Shown: positions 18,511 to 27,551, counted from the first letter of the stretch. The stretch: 53,973 nt of DNA from Hyphomicrobiales bacterium (GCA_017304555.1 JAFKKS010000164.1:1-53973), one strand, 5' to 3'. Notes: a model not told the origin generated them from the sequence alone. Translations and numbers: made by a program.

Positions 18511-19368
18511 TCAACGGGATTCGATCGTCACAGCATCGCCGGCTGTAACGACTTTCTGGCTCAACGTTCGCTTCTGCCGCTCGCCGAGATAGGTGCTTGC
18601 CTCCGACAAGACCGAATTGACGAGGATGTAGACCACGCCGACGACGACGTAAGTCTGCAGCGGATTGTTGAAGAGCAGCGCTGCCGACTGCGCCTGCGCG
18701 GTGAGCTCTTGATATCCGACGATGAAGCCGAGCGCGCTATCCTTGATCAGAACGACCAACTGGCTGATCAGGCTCGGAAGCATGATCCTCAAGGCTTGCG
18801 GTAGGAGGACGAGCCGCATCGTCTGCGTCCCCGTCAGGCCTATCGCAAAGGCAGCCTCGCGCTGGCCCTTCGGGAGCGTGAGCACGCCCGCGCGTACGAT
18901 CTCCGCGATGACCGCGCCGTTGTAGAGCACGAGCGCCAGCACGACCGTCCAGAACGCCGGCAGGTCGATGTGAAAGGCGAGCGGGAATGCAAGAAAGAGG
19001 AACAGCATACTGAGCAGCACGGGCAAGCCGCGCCCCAGCTCCACGATCGCCACGCAGGGCATACGTATGATCGCCGTTCGGGTCAGGCGTCCGACCCCGA
19101 GAGCAATCCCCAAAACAAGCGCGAGCCCGAGAGAAACGACGGCCGCTCCGGCCGTGTAAGCAAGCCCGTGCAGCAGGAACTTGATCAGATCGTACTTCAA
19201 AAACGGCGACCATTTCGCCGCGCTGAGTTGCCCTTTGGCGGACAGTTCCATCAAGACGTAAACGATAAGGGCGACAGCAAACACGGCCGCAACACCGCTG
19301 CCAATGATCGTGCGCCGGACTGCTCTCGGCCCCGGCGCGTCGAAGAGATGGCTGTCCGCACCCGTCAT
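18511..19368 (-). CDS. amino-acid ABC transporter permease (GluD/GltK-like)
   Basis: ATG 19368 overlaps the upstream permease stop (ATGA). AKWSPFL motif and EAA loop [23 protein letters not shown]. The first ~167 codons of the ORF-track entry 18511-19869 are an out-of-frame run. Confidence 0.85.
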   Translation of the reverse strand: MTGADSHLFDAPGPRAVRRTIIGSGVAAVFAVALIVYVLMELSAKGQLSAAKWSPFLKYDLIKFLLHGLAYTAGAAVVSLGLALVLGIALGVGRLTRTAIIRMPCVAIVELGRGLPVLLSMLFLFLAFPLAFHIDLPAFWTVVLALVLYNGAVIAEIVRAGVLTLPKGQREAAFAIGLTGTQTMRLVLLPQALRIMLPSLISQLVVLIKDSALGFIVGYQELTAQAQSAALLFNNPLQTYVVVGVVYILVNSVLSEASTYLGERQKRTLSQKVVTAGDAVTIESR

Positions 19369-20012
19369 CGGACGATCAACGCCTTTCGCTCCAACCAGGC
19401 AAACGCCCGCCCAAAGAGCAGCGCAAAAGCGATGTAAATGATGGCCGTCGCACCCATGACCCACAGCACGATCGTGCTGTGCACGTTCACCATGTTCGTC
19501 ATGGTGCCGATCGCTTCCGCCACGCCGAACGCGCTGGCGATCGACGTATTTTTGAAGAGAGCGATGAAGACGCTCGCGAGCGGCGGCACGACGCTGCGCA
19601 AAGCTTGCGGAAGAACGACGTAACGCAGAACTTGGATGAATGTCAGGCCCGTGGCGCGGGCAGCCTCGATCTGCCCGATGGGAATCGCCTGGATGCCGGC
19701 GCGCAGCGTCTCGGCAACGAAAGTGCCCGTGTAGAGCGTGAGCGCCAAAAGCGCGAACGCGAAAAACGAAAAGTTTATGCCGACCTGCGGCAGACCGAAC
19801 ACCGTGATGAAGAACACGATGGTGAGCGGCGTATTGCGGACAAAGCGGACATAGACCGAGACAGCCCAACGTAGCGGCGGCACCGGCGACACGCGCATGG
19901 CGGCCGCGATGATTCCGACGACGAGCGACGTCAGCGCAGCCAGAAATGTGAGTTCGAGAGTCGTGACGAATGCGTGCAGAAGTATCGGGAGGGCGCCAAT
20001 GAGCTCATTCAA
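19365..20012 (-). CDS. amino-acid ABC transporter permease
   Basis: Multi-TM protein with EAA loop IEAARATGLTFIQVLRYVVLPQA. Confidence 0.85.
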   Translation of the reverse strand: MNELIGALPILLHAFVTTLELTFLAALTSLVVGIIAAAMRVSPVPPLRWAVSVYVRFVRNTPLTIVFFITVFGLPQVGINFSFFAFALLALTLYTGTFVAETLRAGIQAIPIGQIEAARATGLTFIQVLRYVVLPQALRSVVPPLASVFIALFKNTSIASAFGVAEAIGTMTNMVNVHSTIVLWVMGATAIIYIAFALLFGRAFAWLERKALIVR

Positions 20013-20056
20013 AACGATAACCTCGCAACGATTGTGGTTATCCGCTCGCCTGACAA

Positions 20057-20090
20057 GCGGCGACGTGATTGCACGTCATCACATCGCCGC
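20057..20090 (-). other. intercistronic stem-loop between the SBP and first permease genes
   Basis: GCGGCGACGTGAT pairs with ATCACATCGCCGC (12 of 13 positions) around an 8-nt loop. It lies in the 137-nt gap after the SBP stop. Confidence 0.4.
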
Positions 20091-20149
20091 TTCGGCTTTC
20101 GAGCCTACATCACGCTCATCTATGCGTCACGCCGTAGGCGTCCCTTGAC

Positions 20150-21007
20150 TTAGCCCGGGCAGGAACCGCCAACCTCCGGCGGCTTCGGCGCACCGCCCGG
20201 GACGACCGTGCCGATCGTCTCGTTGTAGGCCTTCGCCCAGGAGCCATCTTTTTCAAGCTCGACCAACGTCTTGTTGATCCACTTACAGAACGTCTTGTCC
20301 TCGGTCTTGGTCAGGCCGATGCCGTAAAGCGACATGTCGTAGTTGATACCGAGAACTTGCAGCTGCCCTTCATTTTGTTTCGCCAGCGCCGCAAGGATCG
20401 CCACTTCGGTCGTCGACGCGTCGGCCTGACCGTTGATGACCGCTTGCGCGCACTTGGCGCTGGAGTCGAACAGCACCATGGTCTTTCGCACTTCGGGGAA
20501 GTGCGCACTGATGAACGATTCCTGATTGCTTCCGCTCGGCCCGCACAATTTCTTGCCGATCAAGTCGTCCATTGATTTGATGCCGAGCGGATTGCCCTTC
20601 TTCACCATGACGCCGCTTGGAGACGGCAGATAAGGTCCGGCGAAGTCGATGACCTTCTCGCGATTGGGCGTGATGCTGTAGGCCGCAATCACCATGTCGA
20701 CCTTTTGCTGCTCCAGGAACGGCTCGCGCGTCGGCGTCGTCACCGGGACAAACTCGATGTTCTCGTTCTTGATGCCGAGCTTCGCGGCGAGCAGCCTGGC
20801 GATATCGACGTCGAAGCCTTCGTAGCCCGACAGCGTCTTCATGCCGATCAGCGGATACTGCGTCTGGACGCCGACTTTGATTTTCCCGGCCTTGGCGAGC
20901 TCAGCCATCTTCGAGCCGGCCGGAAATTCGGCTGCGCCGGCCGAACTGACCGCTGCAAACGCTATCGCCACGCCGATTGCTGTTACCAGCTTATTGAGTT
21001 TGCTCAT
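20150..21007 (-). CDS. polar amino-acid ABC transporter substrate-binding protein (family 3, GluB-like)
   Basis: I moved the start to ATG 21007 (AAAGGGAGG upstream). Signal peptide MSKLNKLVTAIGVAIAFAAVSSAGA, then GKIKVGVQTQYPLIG and GFDVDIARLLA. Confidence 0.85.
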   Translation of the reverse strand: MSKLNKLVTAIGVAIAFAAVSSAGAAEFPAGSKMAELAKAGKIKVGVQTQYPLIGMKTLSGYEGFDVDIARLLAAKLGIKNENIEFVPVTTPTREPFLEQQKVDMVIAAYSITPNREKVIDFAGPYLPSPSGVMVKKGNPLGIKSMDDLIGKKLCGPSGSNQESFISAHFPEVRKTMVLFDSSAKCAQAVINGQADASTTEVAILAALAKQNEGQLQVLGINYDMSLYGIGLTKTEDKTFCKWINKTLVELEKDGSWAKAYNETIGTVVPGGAPKPPEVGGSCPG

Positions 21008-21248
21008 GTGACCTCCCTTTCCTTTTGATTGTTGCGTTAAGTTGACGCGACCCAGATGGCATTTAACGGGCGCTGATTTCGGTCGTGATCGTCCCGATAT
21101 GTTTCCGCGGGCCTCAGCCTTTGCGTTTGGAATTCTACAAAGTGCCGTGCAACCCGTATCGAGCTCCACTTCTCATTGTCGTCACACGTAGGCTCAAAGG
21201 CCAATCACGACCGCGCGGTCGCTGCATTAATGCATAGTCTCGTATTCG

Positions 21249-21278
21249 AATTTTGCAAATCGGATACTATTATGTCAA
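21249..21278 (-). promoter_or_regulatory. putative sigma70-type promoter of the SBP-led operon with a GTATCCG element in the spacer
   Basis: The minus strand reads TTGACA-TAATA-GTATCCG-ATTTG-CAAAAT. The -35 hexamer is perfect and the -10 is weak. The 12-bp palindrome TGCATTAATGCA (21223-21234) lies just downstream. Confidence 0.35.
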
Positions 21279-21351
21279 GAAATAATATGAGCCGCTCGAA
21301 TACCCTTTGCCGCTGCGGTCTTGCCGTGAGCAAATGAATGCGCAGCGTCTT

Positions 21352-22353
21352 TCAGAATTTGAATCCTGTCGGAAACGGATCGGACGGATCGATGACGAAT
21401 TCTGATGCCCCCGTGATCCAGGCACGGCCTTTGATTTGAGGAACGACCGCGGTCATTCGTCCGACTTTTGTTTCCTCGATAAGCTTGCCCTCGAAAGCGG
21501 TGCCGAGAATGGATTCGTGCAGGAAGGCTTGCCGAAGCCCGAGTCTCCCTTTGCGATACTCCAAGGCCATCCGCGCTGATGTGCCGGTGCCGCAAGGTGA
21601 ACGGTCGAAGTAACGCGGCTCCTTCACCATCAGGTTTTTTGCCGGCGCCGTGGCGGTTGCGGCCTCGGTCAAAACGGCGGCTTTCAGCACGCTCGCTTGC
21701 GTGTCGTCGGGATGAATTATCGGCACGGATTCGCGCGCGGCTCTGATGGCTGCGAGACCGAGATCCATGAGTTCCGGCAATGCGTCGATCGACAGGGATT
21801 TTCCGAGCTGCGCCACATCGAGGATCACGTAGAAATTTCCGCCATAGGCGACGTCGACCGTCGCGGCGCCGAAATTTGGAATGTCGAGGCGGACGTCCTC
21901 GGCAGCAACGAAGGATGGAACGTTGGTCATCGTGACCGCGCGCGATTTGCCGGATGCGACCTCGACGCTTGCGAGAACGAGTCCCACCGGCGTGTCCAGG
22001 CGCACCTCCGTCACCGGCTCGCGAACGCTCACCATCCCCTTCTCGACGAGCGCCGTCGCGAGGCCGATCGTTCCATGCCCGCACATCGGCACGAAGCCGC
22101 TTGCGCTCATGTAGATGACGCCGCAATCCGCATCCGCGCGCGCCGCGGGAACAAGCAATGCGCCGAACATCGCCGCATGTCCTCTCGGCTCGTTCATCAA
22201 CAGTCCACGCAGATTATGCAGATGCCGATCCGCGAAGGCGAAGCGCTCGCGCATCGTCGCCCCAGGAATGGCCGGCGCTCCGCCGACGATGATGCGGGTC
22301 GGCATCCCCTCCGTGTGGGTTTCAATCGTCCGAATGGCATCGCTCGACGACAT
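21352..22353 (-). CDS. proline racemase superfamily enzyme, Cys/Cys type (4-hydroxyproline 2-epimerase or proline racemase)
   Basis: Both catalytic motifs are present: VPMCGHGT and FDRSPCGTG. The N-terminus is IETHTEGMPTRIIVGG. Confidence 0.85.
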   Translation of the reverse strand: MSSSDAIRTIETHTEGMPTRIIVGGAPAIPGATMRERFAFADRHLHNLRGLLMNEPRGHAAMFGALLVPAARADADCGVIYMSASGFVPMCGHGTIGLATALVEKGMVSVREPVTEVRLDTPVGLVLASVEVASGKSRAVTMTNVPSFVAAEDVRLDIPNFGAATVDVAYGGNFYVILDVAQLGKSLSIDALPELMDLGLAAIRAARESVPIIHPDDTQASVLKAAVLTEAATATAPAKNLMVKEPRYFDRSPCGTGTSARMALEYRKGRLGLRQAFLHESILGTAFEGKLIEETKVGRMTAVVPQIKGRAWITGASEFVIDPSDPFPTGFKF

Positions 22354-22404
22354 TCGCAGCTCCTTCCCCGACAGATGCTGTCAGTTCAGCTAACTTATCC
22401 TCTA

Positions 22405-22434
22405 TTGACACAAACGTATACGCTCAAAGATAAT
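22405..22434 (+). promoter_or_regulatory. putative sigma70-type promoter of the DAO/tautomerase genes with palindromic CGTATACG in the spacer
   Basis: TTGACA (22405-22410), an 18-nt spacer containing CGTATACG (22415-22422), then GATAAT (22429-22434). It lies in the divergent region between the PRS and DAO genes. Confidence 0.4.
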
Positions 22435-22493
22435 CTTATCTCCAGCGAACGCGCTTGCGGTGACGTCTCTCGAATCTACAAAGCGAAACAACG

Positions 22494-23657
22494 ATGAAGA
22501 CGGACGTAGCGATCATCGGCGGCGGTGCGATTGGCTCGAGCGTCGCCTACTTCCTGAGAACGATGGCGCCGACGCTTGGGGTCACGGTCATCGAGCGCGA
22601 TCCGACATACGCGCTTGCGTCGTCGCCCCGTGCGTCAGGCGGCTTTCGGCGACTGTTCTCGCTGCCGGAAAATATCGCGCTGTCGAATTTCTCCATCCCC
22701 TTCTTCGCCAGTTTCCCCGAGGCGATGGCGGTGAACGGCGTTCCGGCGGAGATCGGTTTCAAGAAGAACGGCTACATATTCATCGTGCCGCCGAGTGCGA
22801 TCGACACGCTCAAGGCAAACTACGACACCGAACGGTCGATGGGCTGCAACGTGATCTGGCTTGCGCCCAACGAGATCAAGCATCGCTTCCCTTCGATGAA
22901 GGTCGACGATCTCGGCGCGGCCGTGCTGTCGCCGGATGATGGCTGGCTCGACCCGCATTCCGTGCTCATGGGTTTCCGCAAGAAAGCGCAATCGCTGGGC
23001 GCGACGTTCCTTGCCGAAGAAGTCACCGGCATGGAGCGCAACGGCGCGCAGGTCACAGCGACGGTGACGAGCAGGGGCACCCGTATCGAGGCTACGCACT
23101 ACATCAACGCCGCCGGGGCATGGGCCAAGACCATCTGCGCGATGCTCGGCTTCGCGGTGCCGATCGAACCGCTGCGCCGCTATGAGCACTATTTCGAGTG
23201 CGAGGACGAGATCGAACCGCTGCCCCTTCTCAAAGACGTCAATCGCCTAGCGTTCCGGCCGGAGGGAAAGGGCTATTCCGGCGGCGTCCCGACGCTGCAA
23301 GAGCCGCGTGGCTTCAACTTCGACGTCGACCACGACTACTTCGAGAACGTCGTGTGGCCAGCCCTCGCGCACCGCTTCCCGCAATTCGAGCGCACGAAGT
23401 GCAAGGCGACTTTGCCTGGGCTCTATGACCAGAACGATTTCGACGGCAACGTCGTTATCGGGCCCGGCGCCGATGGCCTCGGCAACTTCCACATGCTGGC
23501 GGGCTTCTCCGGCCACGGCCTGATGCATTCCCCGGGTTGCGGTCTGGCGATGGCCGAACTCATTCTCAAAGGACGTTTCGAGACGATCGATCTCACGCGC
23601 CTTGGTTGGCAGCGCATCAAAGACGGCACGCCGCTGCCTGAACGCGGTATCATTTGA
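22494..23657 (+). CDS. FAD-dependent oxidoreductase (DAO family)
   Basis: The N-terminal MKTDVAIIGGGAIGSSVAYFL is a GxGxxG fold. About 390 aa, like sarcosine-oxidase-beta or D-amino-acid-dehydrogenase-like enzymes. Confidence 0.85.
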   Translation: MKTDVAIIGGGAIGSSVAYFLRTMAPTLGVTVIERDPTYALASSPRASGGFRRLFSLPENIALSNFSIPFFASFPEAMAVNGVPAEIGFKKNGYIFIVPPSAIDTLKANYDTERSMGCNVIWLAPNEIKHRFPSMKVDDLGAAVLSPDDGWLDPHSVLMGFRKKAQSLGATFLAEEVTGMERNGAQVTATVTSRGTRIEATHYINAAGAWAKTICAMLGFAVPIEPLRRYEHYFECEDEIEPLPLLKDVNRLAFRPEGKGYSGGVPTLQEPRGFNFDVDHDYFENVVWPALAHRFPQFERTKCKATLPGLYDQNDFDGNVVIGPGADGLGNFHMLAGFSGHGLMHSPGCGLAMAELILKGRFETIDLTRLGWQRIKDGTPLPERGII

Positions 23658-23709
23658 ACTGCTCCGATCCGTCACGCTCCTATCCGCGTAATCGAAAAAG
23701 GATACGCCC

Positions 23710-23928
23710 ATGCCTCACGTCCACATCGCGCTCTCGAGCGGACGCACGATCGAGCAAAAGCGCAAGGCCGCGGCGGCCATAACCGATGCGATGGTCCGCG
23801 AACTCAGCTGCACGCGCGAGAGCGTCAGCCTCGTCTTCAGCGATGTCGACGACCATAACTGGGCGTCCGGCGGAAAACTGCTCGGCGACGTGAAGGCCGC
23901 CAAAAGCGCATCCGGTTCAAGCGCGTGA
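23710..23928 (+). CDS. 4-oxalocrotonate tautomerase family protein
   Basis: 72 aa. It begins MPHVHIAL (Pro-1 after Met removal) and follows the beta-alpha-beta pattern SGRTIEQKRKAAAAITDAMVRELS. AAGGA Shine-Dalgarno upstream. Confidence 0.8.
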   Translation: MPHVHIALSSGRTIEQKRKAAAAITDAMVRELSCTRESVSLVFSDVDDHNWASGGKLLGDVKAAKSASGSSA

Positions 23929-23986
23929 AGCTCACCCGCATCCGCGTTTATCGGACCTTCATCTGACAGCTGTCATCAGCTGCTCG

Positions 23987-25348
23987 TCACAACACGCCTT
24001 TGTCGGTGTCGAGCAATGACGCCATCATCTGCGCGTTCGCATAGCGCGCCATCGAGAAGCCATCCGCATAGGCGGGGCGCGGTGCGTTCGCGATCCAAGC
24101 CGCACAAAGTTCGCCGGCGGCGCAAGCCGACATCGTGCCATAGCCCGACAGCGCGCAGTTCATGAACGCGCCTTCCGGACCCATCGGCCCAATGAGCGGC
24201 CAGTTTTCCTTCGTCATCGTGTAATAGCCGCCGTAATGATGCATGCCGCGCGGCAGCCGCCCGTAATAGGTCTTCAGCGCCGGCGTCAGCCGCGACGCAC
24301 CGCGCAGAACGATGTCCGGGAAATTGTCATCGAACGCGGGCTCCCAACGCGCTTCGCTCGGCGTGTTGTTGAAAGCCCAGCCGAGCTTGATCCACTTGCC
24401 GCCGTCACCACCATCGGGACGGCAATGGATCGATCCCGGCATCTTCTCCGCCATCCATGCAGCGTCCGCATCCTGCCGGAGCATTGCGCGCTCTTCATCG
24501 GTCCAATCGATAAGCTGTGGATCGAGGTCGATCGAAAACGGCTGTGCGCGCGGAACCGCTCCGGCGCTATCTTCGAAGGAAATTTTTTGCTGCAACACGT
24601 TCTGCAACGGCAGATCGACGCCGAGCATGGCGGCGATTTTCCCGGCAAAGGGACCGGCGGCGTTGACGATCCGATCGGCCTGAAGTTGCTTGACACCATC
24701 CGTTGTCGAGACCTCGACGCGAAAGCCATTGCCCGCCGCGATGCTTTTAACTTCGCCAATGACGCGGGAAGCGCCTGCCTCGCGCAGATACTCCAACATA
24801 TACATGCCGAGCTGCTGGCCGCTGATGTCGCCGCCACGACGCACATGAATGATCGAGCGGATCGCGTGATCGAAGCTCGGGAAGCGGCTGCGGATCAAAT
24901 CCTGGTTTTGCACGATGTCGACGCCATCCGGCACGCCTTCCCAGTCCGGCTTCTCAAACGGGTAATAGGTCGACGCGCTGCCACCGGTATGGAATCGCAA
25001 CAGCGCATCGACCTTGTCGCCGAAACCTTTGCGCAGCTCCGCGACCAGCGTGTCGATGTCGCTTTCGCGCGTCGCAAGGGCGTAGCCGCGCCGTGTCATG
25101 TTGATCCGGTTGCCGCTGTCGCGCGCGATCTCTTCAAGCAGCGCGATGCTGCGATTGGTGAAGTCGACCATGGTCGGATGCGACCACCAATTGCGATAAT
25201 TCTCGCCGGACTGCGCCGACGTGAAGGTCATCGGTTGGGAGCGATCTACCAGCGTGATGTTGCCCTGCCCGTGCTGCTTGGCCAGGTAATACGCGGTCGC
25301 GATGCCGACGATGCCCGTTCCAACGACGGCGGTGGTGGGTGAAGACAT
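23987..25348 (-). CDS. FAD-dependent oxidoreductase (DAO family), third copy
   Basis: N-terminal TAVVGTGIVGIATAYYLA dinucleotide fold. 453 aa. Confidence 0.85.
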   Translation of the reverse strand: MSSPTTAVVGTGIVGIATAYYLAKQHGQGNITLVDRSQPMTFTSAQSGENYRNWWSHPTMVDFTNRSIALLEEIARDSGNRINMTRRGYALATRESDIDTLVAELRKGFGDKVDALLRFHTGGSASTYYPFEKPDWEGVPDGVDIVQNQDLIRSRFPSFDHAIRSIIHVRRGGDISGQQLGMYMLEYLREAGASRVIGEVKSIAAGNGFRVEVSTTDGVKQLQADRIVNAAGPFAGKIAAMLGVDLPLQNVLQQKISFEDSAGAVPRAQPFSIDLDPQLIDWTDEERAMLRQDADAAWMAEKMPGSIHCRPDGGDGGKWIKLGWAFNNTPSEARWEPAFDDNFPDIVLRGASRLTPALKTYYGRLPRGMHHYGGYYTMTKENWPLIGPMGPEGAFMNCALSGYGTMSACAAGELCAAWIANAPRPAYADGFSMARYANAQMMASLLDTDKGVL

Positions 25349-25401
25349 GGCAGGCTGTTCCCCGCTGCGAGCGTCCGGTTTGCTCGGATTATTCGTATCC
25401 G

Positions 25402-25430
25402 TTAATAATATGATCGTATACTAAACTCAA
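25402..25430 (-). promoter_or_regulatory. putative promoter of the third DAO gene with GTATACG in the spacer
   Basis: The minus strand reads TTGAGT, a 17-nt spacer TTAGTATACGATCATAT, then TATTAA. A further CGTATCCG lies at 25394-25401. Confidence 0.3.
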
Positions 25431-25461
25431 TGCCGAAATCCGTGGCAGCTTGGGGGCTTCG

Positions 25462-26472
25462 ATGCAGGACAAGACCCAGATCAGCCTCGACGCGCTCGAT
25501 CGTCTCGTTCGCTTGGCGCTGCAACGGGCCGGAATGTCCGAGGCTAACGCCGCGCCGGTGGCCGACCGAATGGTGTCCTGCGAGCGAGACGCGGTCAAAG
25601 GTCACGGCCTTCTGCGGCTCGATGGCTTCGTGACGTCGCTCCGGCTTGGCTGGGCGGATGGCAAAGCCGAACCCAAACTGATCTCGGAAACGCCGAGTTT
25701 GCTTTGCGTCGACGCCGGCAGCGGATTTGTCCAGGTCGTGCTCAATCGTTTCCGCGACCGGCTGACGGCGCGCACGCGCGACACCGGAATCGCCGTTCTG
25801 CAGATTCGAAACTCCCACCACTTCTCGGCGCTCTGGCCTGACATCGAGCCGTTTGCGACGGAAGGCTTCGTCGCCTACGCCTGCGTGAACTCGAAAAAGC
25901 GCATGGCGGCGTGGAGCGGCGGGCATGCGGTGCTCGGCACGAATGCGATGGCTTTCGCCGTGCCGCGCAGAAATGCGCTGCCGATGATCTGGGATCAATC
26001 GTCGAGCGTCATGTCGCAAGGCGACATCCTGCATGCCGTGCGGCGCGGCGATGAGATCCCGATCGGCGTCGGCGTCGATGGCGACGGCGAACCAACGACG
26101 GATCCCGCGGCAATCCTCGAAGGCGGCGCGCTGCTTCCGTTCGGCGGACCGAAAGGCGCTTCGTTGGCCGTGATGGTCGAAATCCTCGCCGCCGGTTTGA
26201 GCGGCGGCGAGTTCGGTTTTCAAGACGCCTCGCCAGGGCAGACGGCAACGACCTCGCGCGGCGGCTATTTCCTCCTGCTTATCGATCCTTCGAAGTCGAC
26301 GCCGGATTTCCTGGAGCGGATGGAGTTGCTCTATGCAGCTCTGGCGAAAGCAGGGTCGGAACGGCTGCCGGGCGAGCGCCGCTACGCCGCGCGCAAGGTG
26401 TCGATGAAAGAGGGCGTGTGGTTGGAAGCCGCCATGTTCGCCAAGCTTCTAAAGCTTGCCGGTGAAAGTTGA
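25462..26472 (+). CDS. Ldh family 2 oxidoreductase (malate/L-lactate dehydrogenase-2 type, as in Pyr2C/Pip2C reductases)
   Basis: SCERDAVKGHGLLRL, NSHHFSALW and GGPKGASLAVMVEILA fit the Ldh_2 family. I moved the start to ATG 25462; the ORF track starts at TTG 25450. Confidence 0.8.
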   Translation: MQDKTQISLDALDRLVRLALQRAGMSEANAAPVADRMVSCERDAVKGHGLLRLDGFVTSLRLGWADGKAEPKLISETPSLLCVDAGSGFVQVVLNRFRDRLTARTRDTGIAVLQIRNSHHFSALWPDIEPFATEGFVAYACVNSKKRMAAWSGGHAVLGTNAMAFAVPRRNALPMIWDQSSSVMSQGDILHAVRRGDEIPIGVGVDGDGEPTTDPAAILEGGALLPFGGPKGASLAVMVEILAAGLSGGEFGFQDASPGQTATTSRGGYFLLLIDPSKSTPDFLERMELLYAALAKAGSERLPGERRYAARKVSMKEGVWLEAAMFAKLLKLAGES

Positions 26473-26499
26473 CTTTCGGCGTCCCGACGCTCCGCCGCG

Positions 26500-27180
26500 T
26501 CAGGCCTTCGCATCGGCCAATTCCGTGCGCGTCGCGCGACGGCGCAGCGCGGCCGCTGTTTCCTTCTTGGTCGTCTCGATGTGACGGCGGAGAATTTCCA
26601 CCGCGCCTTGAACGTCGCCGGCTTCGCAGGCCTTCAACATCTGCTGATGTTCCGCATGCGGCCTGTCCCGGCCGCGTGTTTCGGTCAACATGAGGCGGGT
26701 GAAGGGTCCCATGCGCTCACGCACATCGCTGATCATCTCAAGCAGAGGCACGTTGCCGCACGGCTCATACAACGCCTGATGGAATCGCACATTCAGCCGG
26801 CTCCATTCAGCCGTCTCGGTTTCGGCCCCGTATTCGTTGAGGATCGTCTTCGCCTCGGCGAAATCCGCTTCGATCATGTTTGGAATGGCAAGCTCCAGAG
26901 CCTTGCATTCCAGCGCCACGCGGATGTCGAGCAGCGCGAGGATCTCCTCAGCCGACAGTTCGCGGACGGACGCCCCCTTGTTCTTGCGAAAGGTCACGAA
27001 GCCGTCGACTTCGAGACGAAGCAAGGCCTCGCGAACCGGAATTTTGCTGACGCCATGGGCGCGCGCGATGTCGTCCTGGCGCAACGGCTCACCCGGGGCA
27101 AAATCGCCGGCAATAATGGCGGCCTTAATCGCCTCGTAGATCGGTTCCGCCGTGAGCTGATTGTCCTTGACGTCGGGCAT
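26500..27180 (-). CDS. GntR family transcriptional regulator (FadR/FCD-type C-terminal domain)
   Basis: Winged helix-turn-helix region LRQDDIARAHGVSKIPVREALLRLEVDGFV with an all-helical C-terminal domain. I moved the start to ATG 27180 (GAGGA upstream). Confidence 0.85.
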   Translation of the reverse strand: MPDVKDNQLTAEPIYEAIKAAIIAGDFAPGEPLRQDDIARAHGVSKIPVREALLRLEVDGFVTFRKNKGASVRELSAEEILALLDIRVALECKALELAIPNMIEADFAEAKTILNEYGAETETAEWSRLNVRFHQALYEPCGNVPLLEMISDVRERMGPFTRLMLTETRGRDRPHAEHQQMLKACEAGDVQGAVEILRRHIETTKKETAAALRRRATRTELADAKA

Positions 27181-27395
27181 GCTGAGTCCTCGAAACAACT
27201 TCGTATAATATCACATAGAATAGAATACTCTCTGGCCAAAAGCCGAGATGCGAGCCGGGACAGAAGAAATATCCACCGGGCTTTCAGGGCAGGTCCGGAA
27301 ATTCCGGATTTCAGCCGCGCTCAACGCTTGGCACAGCGTCGGTTGACGTAGGGTCGACGGCGCGGCGTCAATAACCTCAGTCGTCGGCGCGGCTT

Positions 27396-27551
27396 TCAAG
27401 TCTCGCGAAAGATGAGCTGTACGTCGCGGTCCCACGACACGGTGACGCTATCACCGCTTTCCGCCACCTTCGCCTCCCGTTGCATCGCGTTCGATACAGA
27501 CGCAACCACCGGCCCGATATCCGTTTGCGCGTAAACGTTCAGCGTTTGGCC
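27396..27551 (-). pseudogene. possible relic of the C-terminal OB/TOBE-like tail of a PotA-type ABC ATPase
   Basis: A start-less open frame encodes GQTLNVYAQTDIGPVVASVSNAMQREAKVAESGDSVTVSWDRDVQLIFRET. It resembles the tails of the ATPases at 30942 (GSEVVVHWSLDSPSILTE) and 46308. It lies in the same frame directly after the chrA stop. Confidence 0.25.

Noticed and set aside
21275-22126. 283-codon Arg-rich minus-strand ORF
   Set aside because: It overlaps the Cys/Cys PRS gene out of frame. The PRS frame carries both catalytic motifs, so this ORF is an alternative-frame artefact.
23964-23975. 12-bp perfect palindrome TGACAGCTGTCA between the convergent tautomerase and DAO genes, considered as a terminator
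   Set aside because: It has no loop, so only about 4 bp could pair as a hairpin, and there is no T tract. It could be a protein-binding site, but I have no supporting context.
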